From the NCBI GenBank assembly GCA_050250895.1, contig JBFWNU010000008.1, positions 1 to 64,000 on the forward strand: 64,000 nucleotides of DNA, given 5' to 3'. Under the pieces are notes generated by a model. It had not been told where the DNA came from and searched no databases. It saw only the letters and a program-made list of their open reading frames with translations. A program made the position numbers and the translations under genes. The stretch comes from Vulcanimicrobiota bacterium (GTDB lineage: Bacteria; Vulcanimicrobiota; Xenobia; Xenobiales; JADMJV01). Within the stretch, counting starts at the first letter, position 1, and each line of letters opens with the position of its first letter. Shown here one piece after another: positions 1-10,200 of the stretch.

Positions 1-699
1 GGTCGCGGAGGCGTGGCTGAGGCTTCAGGGGCGTTGTCTCTGGTGGTCAGTGGCCGTCTTGGAAGAGTTAGGAGATTGGGTGGAGAAGCCACGGATGACC
101 GGGTGGGCGCTCACTCGATGGGGCGCTAAGTTCCTCGGTACGGCCGCCCAATCCCAAAAAAGACCGGTCGAGCACCAACCTTCCAGATGCACCGCCCCCT
201 CGGCGCCTTTGCGCCTCGGCGGTTTCAACGTGGGCGCTCGTGAAAAACCGCGGAGGACGCAGAGGTCGCGGAGGCGTGGCTGAGGCCTCAGGGGCGTTGT
301 CTCTGTTGGTCAGTGGGCCGTCTTGGAAGAGTTAGGAGATTGGGGTGGAGAAGCCGCGGATGATCCTCATTCGACGGGGCGCTAAGCTCCTCGGTACGGC
401 CGCCCAATCCAAAAAAGACCCGTCGAGCACCAACCTTCCAGATGCACCGCCCCCTCGGCGCCTTTGCGCCTCGGCGGTTTCCACAACCAGCGCTGTCCGG
501 AAATAGGGGACCACTCCACCCCCTCGGCCAACGCCCTCTCCTCCGCGACCCACCGCGGATCTCCGCGGTTTCCCCAAGTCGAGCGCCCCTCGGCGCCTTT
601 GCGCCTCGGCGGTTTCCACAACCAGCGCTCCCCCTCGGCCAACGCCCTCTCCTCCGCGACCCACCGCGGACCTCCGCGGTTTCCCCAAGTCGAGCGCCC
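1..699. repeat. Composite intergenic repeat mosaic, probably continuing left of the window
   Basis: A ~220-bp unit at 1-226 recurs at 264-481; a ~68-bp unit occurs at 521-588 and 632-699; module CCCCTCGGCGCCTTTGCGCCTCGGCGGTTTC occurs at ~196, ~451 and ~586. ORFs here are translations of the repeats. Confidence 0.92.
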
Positions 700-729
700 A
701 CCCCCTCGACGGTTACCACACCGAGCCGC

Positions 730-1191
730 TCACTCCCCGGCGCGGGTTTGGTCGATGAGGCGGGCCAGGCGGTCCAGGTCAGCCAATACCAGGGTGGCGT
801 CGTCGGGGGGCTCTTTGAGCAGGCGGTATTCGCGCCGGGTGAGTTCTAGCTCTACGAAAGGTTCGAGTTCGGTGATCAGGTTAATCACGTCTTCGGTCAG
901 CATAGAGTCGGCCTTCTTCTCTTCGTCGCGAATCACGTAACGGGTGTCGAACTCGGAGCGGCCGATCTTGGTCTCGTCAGACACCCCAAGCTCGTCGGCA
1001 AGGCGCGTATAGTCGCTTTCGGGCGAGAGCAAGATGCGGTAGCTGGGCTTGGCCTGGGCCACGATCAGCAGTTTGCGACCCTGGGGAATGTCGAGAAAGA
1101 AGCTGAGCCCCTGGTAGCTCACCCGGTTGTCGTCTTCGACTTCAACCTCAGATAGGCTAGCCAGGCTATCGATAAGGGATTGCAGTTGCAT
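730..1191 (-). CDS. Hypothetical protein (153 aa)
   Basis: ATG start, natural acidic composition, lies downstream of a terminator; no family recognised. Confidence 0.8.
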   Translation of the reverse strand: MQLQSLIDSLASLSEVEVEDDNRVSYQGLSFFLDIPQGRKLLIVAQAKPSYRILLSPESDYTRLADELGVSDETKIGRSEFDTRYVIRDEEKKADSMLTEDVINLITELEPFVELELTRREYRLLKEPPDDATLVLADLDRLARLIDQTRAGE

Positions 1192-1234
1192 GCACGGGCA
1201 CTTCCCGCCGCTCCCCCTTCCCCCTGCCGAAATG

Positions 1235-1261
1235 AAAAAAGGGCCGGCAATTGCCGGCCCT
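1235..1261 (-). terminator. Intrinsic terminator of the metallopeptidase gene
   Basis: Perfect palindrome AGGGCCGGCAATTGCCGGCCCT (1240-1261) followed on the minus strand by a T run. Confidence 0.85.
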
Positions 1262-1278
1262 CTCGCGGGGTGGCGCTA

Positions 1279-2730
1279 TCAGGCGAGGACCTTGACGCGC
1301 TCGATCTCCATCTGGCCGGACTCCCATCGGACCACGCCGATGTAGGGGTTGCCCTCTTTGTCGAACAGATCCGACTGGGCTACCGACTGACCCGGGGTGG
1401 TGTAGAGGATACGGCCGTCGTCGATGAGTTGTTTGACGTCGGCCTGCAGCTTGGCTTCGCGACCAGAGTCGCCAGCGATGTCGGCCACCGAGTCGATCTG
1501 GGTGCGAACCACTGCGCCCTCGAACTGGCCGAACTGGTCACCCTTGAGGGTGGTCTGCAGTTCGCGTAGCTCGCCGGTGGGGTTGGCGCTATCGAGTTCG
1601 GCCATTTCGAAGCTCTGGGGCAGGATGCGGCGTTCGACCATCACGTCACGGATCAGGTCGCTGCGCTTGCCGTCGTTGAACTGGGCGTCGGCGCGCAACA
1701 GGGCCTGAGCCATGTCACGATAGGCGAAGTTGCCGGAAGGAGCAGTCTTCATCAGCGAGCCGTAAATGTGCAGACCCTCGTCGGCAGCGGCGGCCAGAGC
1801 CTCTTTGGGCGACTTGCCCTGGGCCTGGTAAGCTTCGTTGATGCCTTTGAAGACATCGTAGAAGGCGCCGGTCCACAGGCGCGAATAGCTGTGGACCTCA
1901 CGGCTGAGCTGGTCGTGGGGGGCGCGGCTGGGCAGGGTCGAAGGGTCTTGCCACTTGAAGTTATTGATGGCCGTGCGGGTGTAGTCACCACCGGTGGCGT
2001 TGCCGCCGGTGTAGTGGTTGATGGCCATTCCGAGCTCTTCACCCAGGTGGGCAGCCACGTTGGGGCGAGAGAGGTCGCCGCCGGTCTGCTCGATGACCTT
2101 GTCGAGGACGCGGTCGTCTTTGAGCGACACCAGCATGGCCAGCACATCGCCGAAGGACTCGTGGAATCCGCCGGGATCGGGCGAGAAGCTGCTGAGATAG
2201 CCTGGGCGCAGGCCGTCAAGGATGGCGTGACCGGCTTCGTGGGACACCACTTCTCCCGAGTCGCCGGAGTAGACCGTGCGGTTGAAGACGCTGTCGCGGG
2301 AGTGGAAGAAGTTGATGCTGCCGTCGTTGCGGGAATAATAGGCGTTGAGCATGTCGCCTTTGTCGCCGTTGACTTTCAGCTGCGAGCCGCGAAAGGCCCA
2401 GTCGAACGACTGTCCGAGCGCCTGCTCGAAGATTTCGATGGTCTTGGCCGTGGCCGCGAAGGCGTTGGCGGTGTGATAGCGCGAGTCGCTCTGCTCGTAG
2501 ACGTACTTGTCGTCTTTGGGAGCCGGGCTATCCGAGCGGACGGCCGCCTTTTCAACCGAAGGTCCCTGGCCGACACCGTGGACGGTGGTGGTCGAGGGCT
2601 GCATGGTCACCTGGTCCTGGGGATTGTAGGAAAACTCTACATCTCCCGTGGGGCCGTTCGTGGGCGGGGGATTGTCACTGCTGGGCCAGCAGGGTGCGGC
2701 ATGCACGCGGTTGAGGGTTCCGATGGTCAC
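1279..2730 (-). CDS. Thermolysin-like (M4/M36) zinc metallopeptidase
   Basis: NAYY, HEAGH (HExxH), downstream GGFHESFGD third ligand, EVHSYS. Start moved to GTG 2730 because AAGGAG lies just upstream. Confidence 0.85.
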   Translation of the reverse strand: MTIGTLNRVHAAPCWPSSDNPPPTNGPTGDVEFSYNPQDQVTMQPSTTTVHGVGQGPSVEKAAVRSDSPAPKDDKYVYEQSDSRYHTANAFAATAKTIEIFEQALGQSFDWAFRGSQLKVNGDKGDMLNAYYSRNDGSINFFHSRDSVFNRTVYSGDSGEVVSHEAGHAILDGLRPGYLSSFSPDPGGFHESFGDVLAMLVSLKDDRVLDKVIEQTGGDLSRPNVAAHLGEELGMAINHYTGGNATGGDYTRTAINNFKWQDPSTLPSRAPHDQLSREVHSYSRLWTGAFYDVFKGINEAYQAQGKSPKEALAAAADEGLHIYGSLMKTAPSGNFAYRDMAQALLRADAQFNDGKRSDLIRDVMVERRILPQSFEMAELDSANPTGELRELQTTLKGDQFGQFEGAVVRTQIDSVADIAGDSGREAKLQADVKQLIDDGRILYTTPGQSVAQSDLFDKEGNPYIGVVRWESGQMEIERVKVLA

Positions 2731-2824
2731 TGGGGTTCGTCTCCTTATTGGGTTCTGCCCCGAAATGATCACTTTTTCAGGCGTTCATGCTGTTACCAAA
2801 GTATTAACGTTAAGGTGCGAAGCT

Positions 2825-3448
2825 CTATTCGCCCTCAGGCAACTTGCCGATCTGTTGCAGGAGTCGCTTGAGGGTGGGTTCGACCCGGTCGGCCAGGACG
2901 CGATAACCGGCCGCGTTCGGATGAATGGGATCGGCCTTGAGCCCGGGCTGAGTGAGAACCCCTTCCATGATGTTCTCGACCAGGGCTGCCTGTTTGGCCC
3001 TGGCCAGTCGCCGAAACTCGCTGGCGAAGCGATCCTTGACCAGGCCGCCTCGGATTCCCAGCAGCAACACCGGAACATCGTTGGCCTGGATAGCCTCGAT
3101 AATTTTTTCCAGGTTGGCGAAGGTCTGTTGGGGATCGACCTTTTGTAATACATCGTTGCCTCCCAGTTCGACGATCACCAGGGCGGGCTTGAGACGGAGC
3201 ACGTCCCTTTCAAGGCGAGCCAGGCCCTGGGCGGTGGTGTTACCCGGGACGCCGCGGTTGACGATCTCGACCCCCAGGCGTTGCTCGAGCAGGTCGACGA
3301 ACCCCTCGCCCGGGGCCGCGCCCGTCCCCGCCGCCAGGCTGTCGCCCAGGATGACCACCGGCCCTTCCGAGCGGTTGAGATGAGCCACTTCATGGTGGCA
3401 GCCGACCAGAAAGAGCAGGCAGACGAAAACGAGAATGCGTCTTTGCAT
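2825..3448 (-). CDS. GDSL/SGNH arylesterase (TesA-like), lipoprotein
   Basis: GDSL, NRGVPG, ELGGND, DPIHPN; lipobox LVGC. Confidence 0.92.
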   Translation of the reverse strand: MQRRILVFVCLLFLVGCHHEVAHLNRSEGPVVILGDSLAAGTGAAPGEGFVDLLEQRLGVEIVNRGVPGNTTAQGLARLERDVLRLKPALVIVELGGNDVLQKVDPQQTFANLEKIIEAIQANDVPVLLLGIRGGLVKDRFASEFRRLARAKQAALVENIMEGVLTQPGLKADPIHPNAAGYRVLADRVEPTLKRLLQQIGKLPEGE

Positions 3449-3550
3449 CGGGACTTCTTCGCGTTCAAAAGGCTAGAATCCGGGTAAACTTGCAGGACGT
3501 TCAACAGGATTGCACGTAATGACACGGGAATTTCATCGAAGAGGTGACTC

Positions 3551-3709
3551 ATGCAAGACTTTCTAAACCCCGAGTATTTCGCCGCCGTGGGCACGGCGAT
3601 CTTGAACGGACTCTATGTGTTCGCGGGGATGTGCGTGGTAGCCAGCGTCTTTGTGTTCGGGTCGGGCGCCTCCAGCGCGAAAGATTGGAAGAAGGAAGCC
3701 GCCCACTAG
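3551..3709 (+). CDS. Small membrane protein (52 aa), absent from the ORF track
   Basis: GAGGTG RBS then ATG; MQDFLNPEYFAAVGTAILNGLYVFAGMCVVASVFVFGSGASSAKDWKKEAAH*; one hydrophobic helix; fills the gap before the next gene. Confidence 0.7.
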   Translation: MQDFLNPEYFAAVGTAILNGLYVFAGMCVVASVFVFGSGASSAKDWKKEAAH

Positions 3710-3749
3710 GCTCCCGTTCCAGCCTCAGTTTCAGAGAGGAGCATGCCCC

Positions 3750-4481
3750 ATGGTAATCGAGCTATTTACCTCCAGCGGCGCTACTCTCGTTTGTCAGGCC
3801 ATCGCCTCGGTTCATCTCAAGAACCGCAACGTCGGTCGCACTCTGCTCGAGGGTCTGGTGCGCGAGTTGCTCGAGTATCATCTGCATCGCGTGCTCAGCA
3901 AGAGTCACCCCGATCAACTGATGACCGACCTTCGAACCTATACCTATCGCATCGAGGCCGACCTGCGTAGCGACCTCGAACATCGGGGCGTGACTCTTTC
4001 CAGCCTCGAATTGCGACCGATTCGAGTGGATCGCGACCCCGAGCAGATGACCCCCGGCTCTTATCGCTGGGTAGAGTTCCTGTCCCCTCCCATCGGCACT
4101 CGTGACGGCTTTCAGGTGGTGGCCGACACGGTGGCCCTGGTCAAAGCCCCCGAAAATTACATGGTCGATCCCGTCTACGCCAACCGCTTCGCCCTGGCGG
4201 CCGTGAGTGATGCTTTCTTGTCGACGGTCGGCGGGTTGGCTGTCGAAGACTTGCTCAGCAGTCGCAATCGCTGGACCGGCGAGACCCTGCATCGGGCGCA
4301 AGAGACACTCGACCAGTCTCGCCTTCATCTTGAATACCTGGCCGTGACCGAGGTTTCAGTGCGACCCTCTCACGACGAGTTCAGGGCCGGTCGGGCCGGT
4401 GATCCCTTCCTCAATCTGTTTCGCCAACTTTCTGACGGCCAACTCAAAGAAGACGAGTCTCACCAGCCAGACAGTCTCTGA
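3750..4481 (+). CDS. Tandem SPFH/band-7-like domain protein without TM anchor
   Basis: GAGGAG RBS; TRDGFQVVADTV...STVGGLAVEDLLSSR...LHLEYLAVTEV fits the SPFH core; the N-terminal half repeats the pattern more weakly. Confidence 0.65.
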   Translation: MVIELFTSSGATLVCQAIASVHLKNRNVGRTLLEGLVRELLEYHLHRVLSKSHPDQLMTDLRTYTYRIEADLRSDLEHRGVTLSSLELRPIRVDRDPEQMTPGSYRWVEFLSPPIGTRDGFQVVADTVALVKAPENYMVDPVYANRFALAAVSDAFLSTVGGLAVEDLLSSRNRWTGETLHRAQETLDQSRLHLEYLAVTEVSVRPSHDEFRAGRAGDPFLNLFRQLSDGQLKEDESHQPDSL

Positions 4482-4530
4482 CCGGTTCCCCGGCAGGGGA
4501 CCCTGTTCGAATCGAGAATCGGCTGAACCC

Positions 4531-6042
4531 ATGACGAGCAAACTCGACGATTTCAAAGCCGAAGTCGAAGTTGTCTGGAATATCAAAGACAGCGTTCGCT
4601 TGATGGGCTGGGACCAGCAGATCATGATGCCGGCCAGAGCCGCCGCGGCCCGCTCGCGCCAGATGGCGACCTTGTGCCGGGTGGCCCACGAACGTCTTAC
4701 TCACGACGCGTTTCGCAGACGACTCGAGCAAGCCGAGCAGGCGGTCGAGGGTCTCGAGCACGATCACGACGACCTCTGCCTGGTGCGGTTGGTACGTCGC
4801 CACTACGATCGGGCTGTGGACCTGCCTGGCGAATTGGTCGAAGAACTGACCCAGACCTGCGCTCTTGCCCTGGACGCCTGGGTGCGGGCCAAGGCTGACT
4901 CGGATTTTAGCGCCTTTGCCCCCCACTTCAGGAAGGTGCTGGCCCTCAAGCAGCGCGTGGCCCAACAGCGGGGGTACCAAGACCATCCTTACGACGCCAT
5001 GCTCGACGATTACGAACCGGGCATGACCACGCAGCAGGTGCGCACGCTGTTCGAGGGGTTCCGGCCTCACCTGGTCGACCTGGTGCGACGCATCGCGGCC
5101 TCGAATGCCGTCAGCTCCAACGGACCCCTCGATCAAGATTTCGCTATCGAGCTTCAAGACGTCTTTTCGCGGACGCTGGCCGAGTCCATCGGCTACGACC
5201 TGGCCAACGGCCGCATCGACCCCGGGCCTCACCCCTTCTGTGCCTCGCCCGCCGGCACCGATGTTCGGCTCACCAATCGGTTTACCCCCGGCAATCTGGG
5301 CACGGCCATGTTCGGCACCCTGCACGAGGCCGGCCACGGCATCTATGAACAGTTCTCCCCCCCGCGCTTCGAGCACTCGCCGCTGCGCGGAGGTTGCTCG
5401 CTGGGCGTGCATGAGAGTCAGTCACGCATGTGGGAAAACTTTGTGGGCCGCAGTCGCCCTTTCTGGAACTATCACTTCCCGCGTTTGCGCGCTCTTTTTC
5501 CTGGGCAATTGAGCGGCTACGAGGTCGAGGATTTTTATCGAGCCGTCAATCGGGTGCGACCGAGCTTCATCCGAGTCGAGGCCGATGAAGTCACCTACAC
5601 CCTGCATATCATCATGCGTTTCGAGATGGAGACGGCTTTGATGGACGGCTCGCTCACCATCGACGACGTGCCCGACTGCTGGAATGCGAAGATGGAAGAG
5701 TACATCGGTATCCGCCCGACCAACGATCGGGTCGGCTGCTTGCAGGACATCCACTGGTCCGACGGCCTGATCGGCTATTTCCCGACCTATTCCATCGGCA
5801 ACATGATCGCCGCCCAGATGTGGGAGCGAATGGAGCGCGAGATTCCTCAGTTGGACGAGCGGATGGCCCGCGGAGATACCAGCCACATCCTTGCGTGGCT
5901 GCGGCGCGAGGTCTACGATCACGCCAGTAAGTTCTTGCCCAATGAGTTAGTGCAACGGGCCACGGGCCACGAGCTGGGTTATGAAGCCTTTGGTCGTTAC
6001 CTTGACAAAAAATACTCCGACATCTATCGTCTGAGTTCATGA
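4531..6042 (+). CDS. Carboxypeptidase Taq (M32)
   Basis: HPF, DVRLT, HEAGH, HESQSR, IRVEADE, GCLQDIHW, GYFPTY. Confidence 0.96.
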   Translation: MTSKLDDFKAEVEVVWNIKDSVRLMGWDQQIMMPARAAAARSRQMATLCRVAHERLTHDAFRRRLEQAEQAVEGLEHDHDDLCLVRLVRRHYDRAVDLPGELVEELTQTCALALDAWVRAKADSDFSAFAPHFRKVLALKQRVAQQRGYQDHPYDAMLDDYEPGMTTQQVRTLFEGFRPHLVDLVRRIAASNAVSSNGPLDQDFAIELQDVFSRTLAESIGYDLANGRIDPGPHPFCASPAGTDVRLTNRFTPGNLGTAMFGTLHEAGHGIYEQFSPPRFEHSPLRGGCSLGVHESQSRMWENFVGRSRPFWNYHFPRLRALFPGQLSGYEVEDFYRAVNRVRPSFIRVEADEVTYTLHIIMRFEMETALMDGSLTIDDVPDCWNAKMEEYIGIRPTNDRVGCLQDIHWSDGLIGYFPTYSIGNMIAAQMWERMEREIPQLDERMARGDTSHILAWLRREVYDHASKFLPNELVQRATGHELGYEAFGRYLDKKYSDIYRLSS

Positions 6043-6506
6043 CCGAAGGCAAAACCCGCAAGCGCATCGCCACCAATAAACGAGCTCGCCATGAATACCA
6101 CATTCTCGAGAAGCTCGAAGCCGGTATCGTGCTGGTGGGGACCGAGGTCAAATCGTTGCGCCAGGGCAAAGTCACCATGACCGATGCTTTTGCGGCGCTC
6201 AAGGATGGCGAGGTTTGGTTGTTCAACCTTCACATCAGCCCGTTCGAAAAGGGCAATCGCTTCAACCATGATCCCCGGCGTCCCCGCAAGTTGCTGCTTC
6301 ACAGCCGCGAGATCGAGAAGCTGATCGAGAAGACCGAGGAGAAAGGCCTGACCATCGTGCCCCTCGACCTCTACTTTTTGGGTGGTCGCGTCAAATGCGA
6401 GATCGGCGTGGTGCGGGGCAAAAAGCTGCACGACAAGCGGGCCACCTCGGCCGAACGCACGGCCAAGCGGGAAATCGACCGGGTCCTCAAGGAAGCCAAC
6501 CGCTAG
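6039..6506 (+). CDS. smpB: SsrA-binding protein SmpB
   Basis: NKRARHEY, EAGIVLVGTEVKS, RPRKLLLH, GKKLHDKR. Confidence 0.98.
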   Translation: MTEGKTRKRIATNKRARHEYHILEKLEAGIVLVGTEVKSLRQGKVTMTDAFAALKDGEVWLFNLHISPFEKGNRFNHDPRRPRKLLLHSREIEKLIEKTEEKGLTIVPLDLYFLGGRVKCEIGVVRGKKLHDKRATSAERTAKREIDRVLKEANR

Positions 6507-6509
6507 GCG

Positions 6510-7244
6510 CTATTCGGCCGGCAGGCTGCCACGCCAGGTCTTGCGCTGGTGCGGCACGAGAAAGTTCTCTAGCAGGCGGTTACAACGGTCGGGGCGCTCG
6601 AGTTGGAGCATGTGGCCAGCGAACCGAATGGTTTCGTAATGCGAGTCAGGCAGCAGGTCGGCCATCTTGCGCATCGCCTCGGGCCGGGTCAGCCAGTCGA
6701 GTTCACCAGCGATCACCAGGGTAGGAGTGGCCACCTCAGGATAGAGCGGCCAGCCGTCCCAGCGCAGCACACTGCCGACCAGCTTCTTGAGCACGTGCGG
6801 CGGGGTGCTGATCCGGTTGCGGATAGCCCGCTGGACGCCCCCCAGCATCCAGTCGGGCAGCTTGAGCAAATAGTTGACGGTGAAGCTCAGGGGGATGGTG
6901 CCGGAAGTGGCCGCCAGCACCAGGCCGTGAAGCCTCTGGGGATGGCGCCGAGCGAACTCGGTCCCCACCGCCCCGCCGTAAGAGTGGCACACCAGATAGA
7001 ACTGGTCGGGCAGTTCCAGACGCTGCACCAACTCTTCCAGGTCTTCGACCGTCTCTTTGAGCCAGTAGCTGGAATTGGGCGCTTCACTCTGACCGTGCCC
7101 GCGCATGTCGTAGGCCACTACGCGCAGCCGGCTGGCGAAGTAGCCCAGCTGATTGTGCCACTGTAATAGATGGCCGGCCCCACCGTGGAGAAAGAGCGCT
7201 GTTCCCCCCTCGGGGTTGCCGAAGTCGACCACCGACAAACGCAC
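6510..7244 (-). CDS. Alpha/beta hydrolase (start may be CTG 7301)
   Basis: FLHGG, YDMRGHGQS, CHSYGG nucleophile elbow, GELD, AGHM. Confidence 0.9.
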   Translation of the reverse strand: MRLSVVDFGNPEGGTALFLHGGAGHLLQWHNQLGYFASRLRVVAYDMRGHGQSEAPNSSYWLKETVEDLEELVQRLELPDQFYLVCHSYGGAVGTEFARRHPQRLHGLVLAATSGTIPLSFTVNYLLKLPDWMLGGVQRAIRNRISTPPHVLKKLVGSVLRWDGWPLYPEVATPTLVIAGELDWLTRPEAMRKMADLLPDSHYETIRFAGHMLQLERPDRCNRLLENFLVPHQRKTWRGSLPAE

Positions 7245-7297
7245 CGCCGGGTCGCGGATCTCGACCGACCGGCGCTGTTCGTCTATGTCCCGCTTGG

Positions 7298-10200
7298 TCA
7301 GAACTTCCAGCTACGCTTCATCAAAGCGGGCACCGCCTGGGTAGGCACCGGTTCGGAGAAGAAGAAACCCTGGGCCAGGGTGCAGCCGAACTGCTTGAGG
7401 CCCCGAAGTTGCTCTTTCGTCTCGACCCCCTCGGCCAACGAAAAGGTTCCCAGGCCCGCCGCCAAACCGATCGCGCCACGGGCGATGGCCGTGCAGTGCG
7501 GGTCGTGCGGCACGCCCGCCACCCACTGATTGGCCACCTTGAGGAAGCGGATGTTGGTTTCTTTAAGGCGCTGAAGCGAAGACGAACCGGTCCCGAAGTC
7601 GTCGATGCCGATGCCCACTTGCCACTGGGCCAGCTGGTTGAGCACCTCATGAATCTGGGCATTCTCGAGGCAGCCCGCCGCCTCGTTGACTTCGACCACC
7701 ACCCGGTCGGCCCGGATGCGGGCCTTCTCGATGGCCTTCATGAACCGGCGAGCAAAGTTGGATTGGACCAGTTGACGCGGTGAAAGGTTGACCGACACGA
7801 AGGTCTTGCCCCGGAACTGGCTGATCAACCGGCAGGCCTCGTCGATGACCCAGTCACCGATCGTGATGATCAGGGCCGAGTCTTCGGCCGCTTCCAAGAA
7901 TTCGGCCGGTTCGAGCAAGCCTCGCATGGGATGGTTCCAGCGCAGCAGCGCTTCGAGCCCTTCGATGCGCCCCTTGTTGAGGTCGACGATGGGCTGGTAA
8001 TACAGCATGAACTCATTGCGAGCGATGCCCTGGTGCAACTCGGAAATCAAGCGCAGCTTGGCTTCCTGGTTCTGGTGAATGTCGAAAGTATAGAACTGGG
8101 TGCGGGCGCGCCCTGCGTCTTTGGCGCTGTACATCGCACTGTCGGCGTGCTCGATGAGATCTTCGGCCGAAGCCGAATCGCCCGGATAGAGGCTGATGCC
8201 GATGGAGGCGGTCAGGTGGATGGACTGGCCTTCGATCACGAACGGTTGGCGCAGGGCCGTCATCAACTTTCCGGCCAATCCTCGGGCTTTGTTGGCGGCT
8301 GCCGTATGGCCGCCGGTCACCCGTTGGTTGGGGTTCTCGGGGGCTTCCACAAAAATCACGATGAGGAACTCGTCTTCGCCGCGCCGCCCGAGCACGTCGG
8401 GGCGTTCGACCAGACTATTGAGGCGCTGGCCTACCTGGCGCAACAGTTCATCGCCCGCTTTGTGACCCATCGTGTCGTTGGCCACTCGAAAGCGGTCGAT
8501 GTCGACCACCAGCACCGCTAGCGAGCCCTCGTTGGTTGCCACGCGCTTGGTGGTCATGTCAAGGTAGCGGTTGAGAATGTTGATGTTGGGCAGCGAAGTC
8601 AGGGTGTCTTCGAAGGCCAGGCGGGCGGTTTCGTGATCGGTGGCTCCGGCGCTGGATTTCTTGGCCTCGGCCAGAGCCTGGGCCATCTCTTGCAAGCGCG
8701 CCTCGCCGTGCCGAGCCAGTTGCTCGAATTCGAGCATCTTCGCCTCGAAAAGGCTGGCTTGCTCGGCCTGACTGCGGCGTGCTTCGGCCTCGCGCTCGGC
8801 TGCGATCAACTGCTCGCGCAGCCGATCTGCCTCTCCGTCGAGGCGGCTGCGCAGGGCGGCTAGCTCCTGCTGATGCTCAGAAGACATCTCTCTAAGCCTG
8901 GACTCGAGTGCGTCGCGCTGCTGATCGGCGTCGAGACTAGCTGTCTCGGCGCTCAAAGCCTGGCTGCGCATCTTGGCCAGCTTCTCGTTGGCTTCGCGCA
9001 GGTCGATCTCGCGCAGGCGCAGCTCCTGTTCGAGCTCTTCTACGCGCTGGTCGTGCCGGCCGGTTGGCGTCCCCGCGGTCTCGCCCGCGCCGCCCTGCAA
9101 GGCTTCGAGTTGGTCACGTAGCTCGGCCCTTTCGGCCCTCACGGAAGCCAGTTGGGAACGCAGTTCTTCGAACTCGAGCCGGTCAGACGATTCGCTGCTG
9201 CCAGGGCCGCTCGCCTGCAACTCCTGGTTGATGCGTTCCAGTTCGCGAATCCGGTGTTGAAGTTCGGGTATCTCTTCGTTCTCTTCTTCGAGCGACTGAA
9301 GCTGGACTTCCAGCATTTCTAGCCGCTCTTGCAGAAGCGGGTCTGCCGATGCCCCCCCGGCCATCTCGAGTTCGTTGATGCGAGTGCGGGCGGCAGCTAG
9401 TTCGGCTTCGAGTTCGAAAGGGTCTGGCCCGGCCTGGGATTGGGCCGGCTGAGATTCAAGCCAGGCCAGCTGTTGCCGAGTTTGGTAGAGTTCTTCTTGC
9501 AGGGCGGGCAGCGAGGCCAGTTGCTGCTCGAGCTGCTCGAGGCGGGCCGGATCGGCGGTTGGGGACGGCTGGGATTCGAGCCAGGCCAGCTGCTGGCGGG
9601 CCTGGAAGAGTTCTTCCTCCAGGGCCGGCAGTGAGGCCACCTGCCGCTCGAGAGACTCGAGGCGGCCTGGCTCGGCAGTCTCCGTCGGCCGGGACTCGAG
9701 CACGACCACGTGTTCTCTCAACTGATAGTATTCCTGCTCGAGTTCGGTCATAGAGCCGAGGCGATCTTCGAGTTGCTGAATGTAGGCGTTGGCTGCGGCG
9801 AGTTCTTCGGCCGACTGCTCGTCGACCTCGGGCGGGCGATGCTCGAGTTCGGAAATGTGGGCTCGGGCCCGGGCCAGTTCTTCTTCTAGACCGGTAATGG
9901 CCAGCAGTTGAGGCTCGACCTCGGCGAGCCGCCGACGACCCTCTTCCTGAAACTCAAAGGCGCCTCGCAATTCGTGCTCGAGCGAGGCGATCCGCTCCTG
10001 GGCCTGGGCCAGGGCGGCCGCTTCTGGGGCGGGCTCGGCGAGGCGCTGCTCGAGTTGGGCGATGTGTTGGCGCAGCGATTCGGTCTCTTCGGGGTCGATG
10101 GCGCTCAGCTGTTGGCGGTAATGCTCCAGCTCGTTGCGCAATTCGGACTCGAGTTCGGCCTGCTGGGCTGACTGGTGGCGCAGTTCGACCAGTTCGCTGC

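Noticed and set aside
25-940. Overlapping ORFs in the left repeat region
   Set aside because: Repeat-derived, Arg/Gly/Pro-rich, inconsistent frames between copies, no RBS.
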